Assembly (NCBI RefSeq): GCF_003704095.1
Contig: NW_020846747.1
Location: forward strand, 310,001 to 374,000
Length of the DNA stretch: 64,000 bases
Reading direction: 5' to 3'
Origin: Pocillopora damicornis
Taxonomy: Eukaryota
A program made the translations under genes and the position numbers. Positions 39,041-51,100 of this stretch are shown here, piece after piece (the stretch's first letter is position 1; each line of letters starts with the position of its first letter). The notes beneath the pieces are model-generated. The model ran no database searches, had not been told where the DNA came from, and saw only the letters and a program-made list of their open reading frames with translations.

Positions 39041-42000
39041 ATGGAAATCTTAACAATGAAAGTGTTGGTACTGCTTATATCTCCAATTCTGGTGTGCATC
39101 TGTGCGGCATTCCAGCAAGGTGAGTTAAGTGGCTTAAAACCCACGCAAGATTGAATTTTTGACAGAACGACCGACTCATCCCGAATTATTCCTATTTCCA
39201 TTTTGTTGATAAGCTAATTTCCTCAGACTGCTTAGCGTTACCTTTAAAACAATGTTCTAAACCGACCTTTGAATTTTAACATTTTTATGAGCCAAATTAA
39301 GAAAAAAAAAACGATGTGTACTCGGAAACAAAAGACAAAAGAAACAGTAAAGTTATAATCGCTTTTAATTCCAACGACTTTAAAAATCGTTAATTTGCCT
39401 GTTGACCGTTTCAAATAAAATGACAGATTTCCAGGCCCTTTCTTTGAATTCAACTCATTTTGGTTCCATCATATAATTATTTATACAAAAGTTATGGGAG
39501 AGGGGTAAGAATCCCCTACTGCCCAGGCTCCCTTTTCCCCCACCTTCCCCACCCATGACTTCCTTTCACCTTCCTTTATTGCGAAACACTGCAGATTAAT
39601 AATTCACCATTGTTCGTATTTTCGTGTTTCTCCCACGTTTCCTCCATCTCTACTCCGCGCTCCTCTACCTGTCCATCTCCTTTTCTCCAAGGCTTCCAAC
39701 CCCCTCCCCATTCACTGAGAAGGTTTCCCTATCTGACAGAAACTTTCGTATGTATACGTTTTCTCCGGAACGCAGAATGGGGCTGATTCAGGAAATCATG
39801 ATCACAGGATGCAAATAATTATAAACGTTTTTAAAAGGCAGGAAATGGTTTAATTCTTATTTTTTTAGACTTGTCAGTGGAGGGTTACATTGTTATTGGA
39901 GGGTTATATCTGTAAAGCTACGATTTTCGCTCTTTCTTTTCTGCAGCACTCTTCATTTATCGCATGAAAGCACAACATTTAGACATCCTAATAACCTTTA
40001 TTCGTTACTACAGGAAGTTCAACATCCCTCATCTGCTCAAGGTGTCTGCCTTTGGACACGAATGAGAGTGTTACGATTGATTGTAATTGCAAGCTCTTCG
40101 AGACATTCACAATCTGTTATCGCATCTTATTTTGTCCTCAGACGATGATTGTCGACAAGTGGAGATGAATCCAACAGTAACAGACTTCTTTCTAATTGGC
40201 CACGTGTTTAAGACCATGGAGATAAAAGCAGCCAGTGCCTGTGAAGTAAATTGTTACATGGAGAATAACTGTATATCCTACAATATAAAACCTCTTCCGG
40301 ATGGGAAATATTTGTGTGAACTGAGTGATTCCGATGACGTTGCTCATCCATTGAATATGAGATACAGAGAAGGGGCTATGTATAAATCATTTAAGGTGAA
40401 TCATTATTACTCGAGATCAAACAGATCGTATTCATGCCACAAGTAATGGCAGGGTGTAATTTAAGACATTTCAGATGAGAAGCCTAAAAAAATTCAGGCA
40501 TCAATGAGATTTGAACCCATGCCCAATAGTAACTATAATGCCTCTGTACTCCATTTGGTTGCATCCATGGATTAATGGATATGAGCGTGAATGGATTCAT
40601 AGACATGTAGGTGGAAATTACCAGCATTGATGCTTGCATGGATGCATGGGTGATAAAAGCATTGATGTCTACATGCATTGGTGATGAATGCACAGTTGAT
40701 GGATCCATGGATGATTTCCTAAATAACTCGATTGCTGACATCCTGGATACATAACTGCACAGGTCCATGGGTGATGGATGCATACATGCACAAGTGGATA
40801 GAAGCCTGAGTGCATGGATGTATAGTTGCATAGATGGTCAATAAATGCATGCTGTTCAGATGCATAAGGGCATTGATACATACGCATTTACGTACATGCA
40901 TTGAGCCTGTAACAAAATCAAATACGGTTCGCGACTGCATCTTAAATCCGACAGAAATAATGTTTGCTTTACTTTGCAATTTTGCAGAACGTTTGTTTCA
41001 AAAATCCTTGCCCAGTGGCTCAGAGTTGTCAAACTGGCTTTCCTCGTGAAGATTATCGTTGTGTATGCAGGAATGGACTGATGGGACAAAACTGTAACGA
41101 AGGTATGTTGATCGACTGATTCGTCTGTCTATTTATTAGTCTGTGTTTTATGTGAGTCGCAAGTCTCGACTAAGATTGTTCACAAGCAAACCAATTATAA
41201 CTTTAGGATAGGCTACTGTATATCTTCCAATGTTGCTGGACGGTGAAAAAGAACAGTTTACCGATAACACCTGTGAACCTTAACAGAATAAGTCTTTTGC
41301 ACGCGTTGTTACGTTGAGTGTTTTCGCGTGAGAAAAATTAATTTTATGCTTTCAAGTATAATTACCTTTGTGACAGGTAATAGGACTTTGCGTCGTTCAG
41401 TTCTGTGTATTCGTCCCGCTGTCTTCTGATTTAGTTTAACACTCGTGATACAATAAACTGAATTGCTTTATACCTAGACTTCCAATCAATAAAACGAGCA
41501 CTGTGATTGGTTGATTCTTGGTCACGTGCCCCTGATCAAATTCAGATGTATCTCGACCGGGATTCAATTGCGCAGTTGTTGCCCGAGCGCCGAATATAAC
41601 AGCATGTTTTTGCCATATGATTGTTTAAGAGAAAGTCTTAATATATATCATAGCACTTAATGTATGGTCCCTCGCGAACGGATTAGTCTTGTTTTCCCTC
41701 GAGTCCTGATTTTCCCGAAACGAAGTCGAAGGAAACATCAGGACTCGTGCAAAAATAAACCAACTGTTTCCCTCGGACTATACATAAAGTGTAGCTTGTA
41801 CTCCACTTAGTTTGTGCCGGGTATTACAGTGTCACTCAGGCCTCCAAATTAGATACTTATGCTGAATACTTATTTCTTAGTCCTTCTTCCTGCCATCTAT
41901 GAGGTCACCAGTAAGATGAGAAATAGGAGTTGAATATAATTAGCTAGTAACATAAGCAAGCCAGTACACTGTGAGTTGTTCTGTGGCAAGCTAAGTTATG

Positions 42001-43319
42001 AAAATAAAGCACTGGTACATAGGTTATTGTGAGGTAATTACATCCTTCATTTAAATTTAATTAATTAATTTTCAAATGGCCGCCAGTTCAGCAATCTACA
42101 ATTTAGTTCGACTTCATATGATTTTTTCCAAGATATGCCCGTTTTGATTCTAGGACTACCATCAGTACGAGTTGCTCCTGATAAAATCGAAACTGTGGAG
42201 GGTAGAAATGTTTCCATGACGTGTAACGCGACTGGTAATCCGTTGCCACATTCAGTTACGTGGAGCAAGGCTCAAGGACTGCTACCTTCTTCAAGAAGCT
42301 TCGAAGATGGAGGAAGTCTGACCATGACAAACGTCTCTGCATTAGACAATGGTTCCTACCTGTGTACTGCCACAAACATTTGGGGTAAAAAATCATCTGC
42401 AGTTAACCTCCGAGTGTATTCAACTCTCAAGTTTACCATCAAACCCCCATCGAATATAACTGTAAAGGCTCATGAAACTCTCACACTGTCGTGTTCTGCT
42501 TCAAGCGACCTGTTACCAACGATGGCGTGGATGTGGAACGGGACCTCGTCATTACCTTCAGGCGCGGGTATTGATTCCTCCAATAACTTGATAGTTTCAC
42601 CTGCTAACTTAACCCATGTAGGTAACTACACGTGCAATGCGTCTAATGCATTGAGCTCTATTCAAACAAGTGTCATCGTTTACGTCAAGTACCCTGAAAC
42701 CTGCGCTAAAGTGAAGGCCAACATCAGTGACGTCAGTGCTGATTACTTCATTGATCCAGACGGTGTTCTTGGCGATGATCCATTTCCTGTTTACTGCAAC
42801 ATGACTGACAAAGGAGGTGTTGGAGTGACAGTTGTCAGTCATGACAGCGAGAACAGGACACATGTGGATGGTTTTGACCCGGCTGGTTCATATTCCCTTG
42901 GTATCAATTACAACCCCGCCAGCATTTCTCAGTTAAAAGTTCTAACAGACCTTTCCACCAATTGCCAACAGTTCATCAAATATGAGTGTCTGGACTCTAG
43001 AATTAGCTCGTCTAAATTTGCATGGTGGGTGTCACGTGACGGTGAAGAAATGTTCTACTTTGATGGGGCCAGTCCAGGGTATGATGGCTGCGCCTGTGGA
43101 AAGAACAACTCGTGTGTCAAAGCGTCGAACGTTTGTAACTGTGATGAGAATTCACCGATATGGCGAGTGGACAGCGGTCTTCTGACAAACAAATCCCACC
43201 TTCCCGTCATTCAGTTGAGGTTTGGTGATACGGGAAGCTATTATAGCTGGAATGGAGAATTCCGACCTGAAGAAGGATATCACACTTTGGGAAAATTGGA
43301 GTGCTATGGAATAAACTGA
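39041..43319 (+). CDS. Array gene 5: secreted SP-PAN-EGF-Ig-Ig-FReD protein, 537 aa; exons 39041-39119, 40142-40395, 40988-41102, 42154-43319
   Basis: Signal MEILTMKVLVLLISPILVCICAA; PAN CEVNCYMENNCISYN..CELSDS; EGF NVCFKNPCPVAQSCQTGFPREDYRCVCRNGLMGQNC; 1614 nt open. Confidence 0.9.
40550..40905. repeat. Degenerate (GCAT/GGAT)n low-complexity tract in gene 5 intron 2
   Basis: gcatggatgcatgg-type units. Confidence 0.75.
41455..41800. mobile_element. Interspersed repeat with strong subterminal hairpin
   Basis: cgagtcctgat-tttcc...ggaaac-atcaggactcg inverted repeat at about 41700-41747. Confidence 0.6.
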
Positions 43320-43737
43320 GCAATGTACTGTCGTTAAGTGGAATTCCTGAGGGATGACAGAATTGCAGTCATTTCGCCCACCAGTCGTTTCGCTAACGAC
43401 CAGCTTCATTGTGTCTCAAGTCGTTTCGCACTCGTCTCAGGTCAGTTCGCTAAGGTAAGGGTCGTTCTGCTCACGTTGTGGGTTATTTCACCAAAGTCTC
43501 GTATTGGTTTGTCTTCTCCGTAGACGCGACGAGCAAATTGTTGTACCGTCAACATGTGGTACAACATTTGGGTTATACTGTGCACTGCCAGTTTGTCGGA
43601 TAGAAATTCTTTGATTGTACGCTGTGCGTGAAGCCTAAGCTGTCTATGAGTCTGCTTTTTCCCTTTGCTTAGTTCTCTCGTCATCTTTCAGTTTTTTTAT
43701 TGAAATGACCGAGCTCCCTAATGATTCAATGAGGGTA

Positions 43738-44165
43738 AATATATGAAAATCATATTTGTGAACTGCGGGTAAAGAAATAAACACTACTTAAGTAAGGAAT
43801 AGGGAAAATAAGGTCTGAAAAACTTCAGGCCTGTACGCTATTTGAACTCATAGCCTCTGCGATACCGGTGCAGTGCTCTACAAACTGAGCTAACAAGCCA
43901 ACCAGGAGCTGGTCATAATGTTGGTTCGTAATAAGCCCGTGAAGCGACGAGCCAATGACCGTGAATATATGAAAATCATATATGTGAACTGCGGTTTAAG
44001 AAATGAATGTTAAAGCTTGTTAGCTTTTTAGCTCAGTTGGTAGAGCACTGCAGCGATGTCGCAGAGGTCATGGGTTCAAATCCCGTACAGGTGTGAACTT
44101 TTACGGGCTTTATTTTCACTGCTGCTCAAGTGATGTTTATTACTGCGAAGATCGCTTTTATACTC
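43738..44165. mobile_element. Divergently inverted pair of tRNA-derived SINE heads (family B) with an internal direct repeat
   Basis: Plus strand TAGCTCAGTTGG...GGTTCAAATCC (44028-44083) and minus copy at 43825-43900; atatgaaaatcatat.tgtgaactgcgg repeated at 43741 and about 43967. Confidence 0.8.
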
Positions 44166-45198
44166 GTCCCATATGACTGTACTTTAGCGAAAGGGCCTAT
44201 CAGTTGGTGAAATACCCTGAGACGTTGACGAACTGTTCGCCAGCGAAACGACTGATTACCGGACGGCGACGTGGGAAGACGCCACAAACCAAAGGTTGTA
44301 ACTCTACCACTCACAATTCGGGGTACACATCCATAAAAATTCTTTTTCACTAAATCACGATTGACTGTCCGCAGAATGAATGTGGGAGTAAGGATAATAA
44401 TTCAACTTATTTTGTGTAAAAATGTGAGGTCAATGTAGACCATTGAAAAAGACAAACATAATGTAATTCAGAATTCTAATTCAACCTAGCATTATTTACT
44501 GCACTCCATGTTATTCTTTATTATTATTATTATTATCTATTATTACATTATTACATTATTATTATTATGTGTGTGTTCAAGTTATCTTGTGCAAAAGGAT
44601 TTGTAAATACTAGCAATATCAATTGTATCATGATTGCATGTAATTTATTTCCTATGTCACTAAGTAGAATATATCTTATGAAGAAAAAATTGCATGGCCA
44701 GTATGACGCTGTGTTTCGTCGCGGCCAAGATACGCGTCAGATACTTTTCGTAAATTTCAAGCGAACTCGTCAAACATCGCGCTCAAAGTCCCGTTCGCGA
44801 AATCAAGATATTAGCAATATGGCCTTCTATCGCAGAAGGATTCCCAATTGCTCGTTTACGAGTTACGATGTATGTTTTACAAACTTTAATATGTTATGAT
44901 TCAGTTTTTCTGGATTATTTAGGAAGTTATATATCTTTGTATTACTTCTTTCATATGTAAAGTGCGCTGAGACTTTGTAAGAGTTTACTACGATAATCAT
45001 CATCATTATCGTTATTATTAACACTATTGTTATTATTGTCAAATACTAAATACAAATTAGAACTTCACTCGCCTTCAGTGAAGCATATTCTCATTCAGCT
45101 TGTCATATTAAGTTACATACGTCTGATTAAACACGCTCAGCACTTAAAGCCGTAATACCAATCTAATGGTTGTTTGTGAATTTGTTTGTTAATTTTTT

Positions 45199-48100
45199 CT
45201 AGAGGTAAGTATCTCGATTATCTTGATAATCACAAGCTACATTGCAAGTGGATTGCAGAGTACAATTAGAGGCCATCTGGTTTCGCTTCAATACTGGCGG
45301 TTTCTTTGTCATTCTGCCCGGCAGTTTACTTTTGTACAGCTCCAGAGCTCTTCCACTCACAGCGAATGCCAGAAAAATGAACAGCCCTAGGAAGAAATGG
45401 AGTAAACGTCGGGGAATTTATGGTTATTCTAATCGCGAAACTTATCGTCATACCGTTTCCAGTGTGTATAGCGTTTACGTGTTAATAACCTGTGAGTGTT
45501 TGTACGTGTCGTTAGTTGTATTGTGTACTTGTGCTTGATGTTTGTACCGTAATATTACGCAATTATGTCGAGTAATTTGTCAGGCTTTTTGTATAAATTT
45601 GATCCTTGGAATCAATGTTTACGTCGACTTTTAAGAAACAGCGTCGCCGTTTCCGTTTTTCGTCGGCAAAGCTATGCACCGTTAATGATATATTGTTATA
45701 TATTATGTAAGGTTTTCGTTCTCTAAACCTTTTCTGTGTGAATCAATTCCCCCAGCAATATGTTTTACCTTCCACAGGTCAAGAATATTATTATTTCAAT
45801 TATTAGACTGAAAAAATTTAAAACATAGGTCGAAAGAGAAGAAGTAAAACAAAACATACCTTGAAGGCTGTTTAAAATCGCATACGGGTACCATAAGAAT
45901 GATAAAGACTTCACGTTCGCAGCAATTCCCAGAATCCATGTCAAGCCCATAACTGACACCATTTTGAAGCAAATTACAGCCACATTGCTACTTTGTCGTT
46001 GATGGGTGACTTGCTGAGTTTCCTGCAAGAGAGTACAAATAAATATTTCACGGAGGAGAAAATTTCCAAGAGCGTTAGCCCTTCGTCAAAGCGATAGTGA
46101 TTCGCTCTGACGAAGGGTTAACGCTCTAAACGTCAACTTTGAAACTATTTACGGTGGCAAATTTACGTTATCAACTCAATTGATAATACTAAATTACCCT
46201 GCTATACTTTCCCACTGACGCAGCTCCGCAGTTTTTTTAGAAACTTCCTCCTTCTATAAAATGGTTAGATTAAGTATTCCACCTGAAATTTCCTTTTAAA
46301 ACAACGGGGTGATCCACTCATGTTTTTCCACTAAAGGATCAAAGTAAAAATTTGGAACAAATTTACATATACCTTTCGTGTTTTGAGGATGTGACTCACA
46401 GTGTGCCCGAGCGCCAACAGATTAAAGACCAGGAGTAGTGTAACAGGCAGAACAAATGAATAAAGTTTGGCTTGCGGGTGAGATATGAAACATTCCTCTG
46501 CACCTTGTCCTATGGCAAATACAAAAAAAAATCCACAAATTCAGAATACTAAAAGCTTCTCATTGAAAAAGGGAAAATAATTATTAAATGAGGATGGAAA
46601 TGTATACCCCAGGGGACCAGGGGAGGGGGAACGGGGGGGGGAACGTTTCGCTAACAGAGTATAAAAGAAGGACTCAAGAAAATTGACTGCCAATTAAATG
46701 CCAATGAAGGAGAGATGGGGCGAGATCAGAAGAATATTAAGAGGACTTCTGAGGAGATCATTGATTTCTTTTTCGTGACAAAACAAAAATCCTCCCACCC
46801 CACCTTGCCCCAGGCGATGAATTAAAACGGGCCAAAGAGTCAGTGAAAACTCTAATGACGGTTTATTTCTGAACAGCTTCAACAAATTAGCAGTGCAAAG
46901 AACTCACCATATCCGATTGCTCCTTTCTCTGTATGATCAATTACGACACATGTGACGACAATCGCAGCAGGAGCTCCCCAGGCGTACGCGCTGTAGGCAG
47001 CGAGACGTTTCTTGTCGCCATCACGCAGATTCGCTGCAACTCCCGATCCGTCTTTTGAAATAATGATAGAGCGCGTCATGACCAACTTAGGTAATAGAAT
47101 GAACTTAATGAATCGGTAGGGGGCTGAACGGGAAATTGTTCTGTCAAAGGTATCTCTCTCTCTCTTTCTCTGGCTGCTATTGGACATAAATCTGCCGTTC
47201 AAACACCTCGAAGACTTGGGGCTGGGTTAAGTCAGTTCATAAGATTGCCTCTTTCGGGGCTTTCCAAGTTTCTCTACCCTCAAGTGATGCAAGGGTTACT
47301 CAATGGGATAATAAACCATCGCAAGATACCTACACTGTCAACCCCATCCCAACCTGGAATTTCGTCAGGCTTTCCTGACAGTTGACTAGTAACGATTTAT
47401 ACTCCTGTTTGGAGAAAGGCATTGCGGGAGTTGTGCGTCTTGCCCGAGCACCTCTCTTCTTCAAGTCTACCACGTCTCCGTAATGCAAGCGACAAATATT
47501 TACAGGGTTCGTACTTTTTTTCAGAAACAAATTTCAAGGAATTTTGGAGGACTTAGATTGATTGTTCTAGGACTCTGAATTCACTATAAACCTTTCATTC
47601 CCAAGATTTCAAAATCCATTCTCCTTATGGTCTACATGCATTTCTTTTAACATAAATTCTGAAAACTTCATTGCTTGAGTTAAGCTGATTTCCAAGGCTT
47701 ACCAAGACATGCAGTCTTTTTCCAGGAAATTCCCGTCCCGGAAAATGTCAAAACAAAATTCCAAGTCTTTCCAGCTTTTCCAGGACCCGTACCAACCCGC
47801 ATATATATATAAGCAGAAACCTTATCTTTGAGTCTCAGAGTGCTTTACACTCGTGAACCTAAATAATGGTCGATTGAGTAGAAAAGGAGAAATTACAACA
47901 TTACACTACAGAACTGTTTCGAAAGGGCTTACTGGTCCTCTCTCGTCAGGTATATGGAACACTAATCAATTAAGGTTCCCTTTGTAGGCTGGTCGTTCAA
48001 AAATGCGCTCTTAAGTACATGCTTGCATACCGGCACGCACTCGCTATACATTTACATATAAATCATGAAACTGGACTTACTAAACGGAGCAAAAATCCGA

Positions 48101-51100
48101 TGCACATCGTAAGCCATCACGTTCATCCAAGTAAAGGAAGAGAGGACGAAGAAATGGAGAAGAACTGCAACTGATAGACATGTGTCATGATCGTCGGTCT
48201 CTCCTCCTACAAAGAAAAAACTCTGATACAGCAGCAGAGAGATGGCTAAGTTTATTAATATTTTCCCCGGTAGGTTGCAGAGCTCGGTAAACATGATGTA
48301 TGTCAAAAGTAGAAGAATCAGAGAAACGATCGACATTATGGATCCAATAAAAGTAAACAGCTGTAAAGATGCTGGCGTAGTTCTGGTGATCTCCCTCCGT
48401 TGATAACGACGAGTGTTATCTGATCTCGTAAAGTTCCTCGAGAAATTTACGCATAACAGCAATTTATCGTCCATAAATCTGTACGTGTTATTGACGTAGG
48501 TTTTCCGGTGTTTCTTCAAATAGATGGATCCGTTGAGAAGTTGCTTGAAATCTGTTTTGTTAAACGCCACAATAGTACAGTTTGGATTCCAGAAGTCTGA
48601 GCCATTTTGCTTATCCTGCCGAGGATCGCTATAATCTTCAAGGGAGACAACTTTTTTGCAGCTTGCAGCGTAGGGATCGTACAGTTCATCATCAGAACAA
48701 ACTATGGTACGTTCAACCCGTTGAGACACGCCTTCTTTTGTCTCGTCTACCCGAATATTGCATCTCGACGTGGAAGTAAAATCAAACAAGATAGTCAATG
48801 GCGGAGGTACCGGACCACTTCCAGATACACAGTCATTTCCGAGATCAACAGGTTTGAAGCCATTACATAATGCGCATTGTGGGTTTCGAAAACGTGTGTT
48901 TTTTTGACACATTGGGAAGGCGTACCGCAGGCATTCCATTTGGCAGTAAGATTCGTTTACTTTTTGACTCATCACTTTACAATCTTGAAAACGAGGAATG
49001 CATCGTTTCAATGAGTTAAGCTGGAAATCTTGCGGCGATATCTCTAGCGAACAGTTGTTCAGCAAAATGTCCATATTGGTGGAAAAATTAGATGCAGTAA
49101 AGTTAAACCATGAATCGCAGACAAAATGAAGTCTCCAGTACGTCGTGTTTACAGCTCCATTGCATCTTGCACAAAATATATTTTTAAACGTTTTCAGACT
49201 GTCTCCGTCAAAAACCGGCAAAGTTATGAGAAGGTCACTTCGGTCTTCGTCCTCACACTTTTTTCGCGTTTCGTTTTCTTTCCATTTTTTAGGACACGTT
49301 CTCCAGACAGCGTAACCGTTGTAAATTGGTCTAATTGGGTTATTTCTTAAAGCGAAGCAGGTTTCAGTGGTACTTAGAGTGCTTCTCTCAGGATTGACTC
49401 GCTCACGACAACTATTAGGGAAACCGTAACATAAATTAGAGAACTAAGACCTCTAAGAGCATTCTGAAAAGTCATCACAAATTGCTTGCATGGCACCTCT
49501 CGATTGATGGTCATGATATCGAAACCAAAAAAAAAAGCAAGAAACTGTCTGTGGCGAGGAAAACATAAGCGAGCAAGTCGTGGATAGGTTTGATTTTAAA
49601 TCTTATTGACTTTTGCAGGTAGTGCAAGTATTCAAGTTAGGTCTATCGAAAAGTTCTTTATTCATGCAATTCGTGTTGCAGGGAGTCGTCTATGGCTAAA
49701 TCCAGTCGATATTTTTATGTCAATATGGTGGATTAATTAAATCGTTAGATAAATCAGATGTGCGCTGAGTATACAACTGTAATGTATACTAAGTTTTACT
49801 TGCCCGGTACGTTAAACGTTAGTGTAGGGATTACGGTTTTACAACGTACACGCTTATTTAAACGCTCACTTGCGCTCATTGAAAATGATTCCGTTAGCAG
49901 GACGAATATACTTATCATTTACTTACTACCGTGGACAGCGCACACCTTGAAGCAACCACTGTCACTCACCTTTTTTTTTTTTGTACCGCAACCTAGGAAT
50001 ATGCAACACACACAAAAGACAACGAGCAGTAAAGAGGAGGAAAGCTTACATTGCATCGAAGTCAAAACAGCAGTCACCAAAGCCATCGCAAAGCTTGTCA
50101 CAGTAGCATAGGGGTATAAATCTATTCCATACGGTAACATTGTTCAATCTCTCATCGATGCCACAGCGATTTTTGCAGGTGAATTTCTTATATTCATAGT
50201 TCCGGAAGCAGCGATGTAAAAAACGCCATATATTTTCATTCCATTGGGCATTAACGGAAGCTAAAGATGTAACATAATAATCAATATTTTAAAACGATTG
50301 TGTTAATATATTTTCACAATTTGACGGAATTAATAAAAACCGCAGGCCAAATGCATGGCTATAGATTACTGTCACGGTATCCCAGATTGTCCAAGAGTTC
50401 TTCCTGAATATCACACGTATTTGAGGAATGCTCAAGAGACTATACTTTTTCATTACTGCAACTTGAATTTTTTCCTTACCATCGGTTGGGATTTCATCTG
50501 GACTGCACCTGCGGCGTAAAGAATTAATGATGAAGTAGTCAGGAGCAGGTCCAGTGGGAGAAGCAGCTGTTATGGGGTTGGTAGAACCGGTAAGATCCCC
50601 GCTCTCAGGAGATGAGGTTGGAGATTTAGTCAACGGTAAGGACGATGACGGTGATTGTTGTAATGGTAGTTGTGGCTGTGACGTCGGAAGTTGTATTGGC
50701 GGCAACGAAGAAGGTGAAGGTGGATGTCCATTGCCTGGAGGACATGGGTATGGAGGCCCACCGCCAGCTAAAGGCTCCCCATCTGGAGGAGGTAATGGCA
50801 GTAATGGAGGATTCCCACCAGATGAAGGTGAAGGAGGATGGCCATCGGCTGGAAGAGATGATGGAGACACAGGCCCACCGCCAGCCGATGACTGCCCATC
50901 TGGAGAAGGTAATGGTGGCAACGGAACATTCCCGCCAGACGAAAGTAAAGGAGGTAAAGGTGGTAAAGGTATATGGCCATCAGTTGTAAGAGATGAAGGT
51001 CCACCGCCAGCTAGTGGCTGCCCATCTGGAGAAGGTAATGGTGGTAACGGATGATTCCCGCCGGATGAAGGTGAAGGAGGTAAAGGTGGTAAAGGTGGTA

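Noticed and set aside
23512-43409. Similar antisense ORFs recurring in each array gene
   Set aside because: Shadows of the conserved sense FReD coding sequence, with inconsistent starts and stops
44020-44095. tRNA gene
   Set aside because: A and B boxes present but acceptor and anticodon stems do not pair; part of an inverted SINE-like repeat
49255-49270. Apparent frameshift in the receptor exon upstream of ORF 48052-49221
   Set aside because: Recounting the T6 run shows the frame is continuous (TRKKCEDEDRS); the ORF track simply started at a TTG
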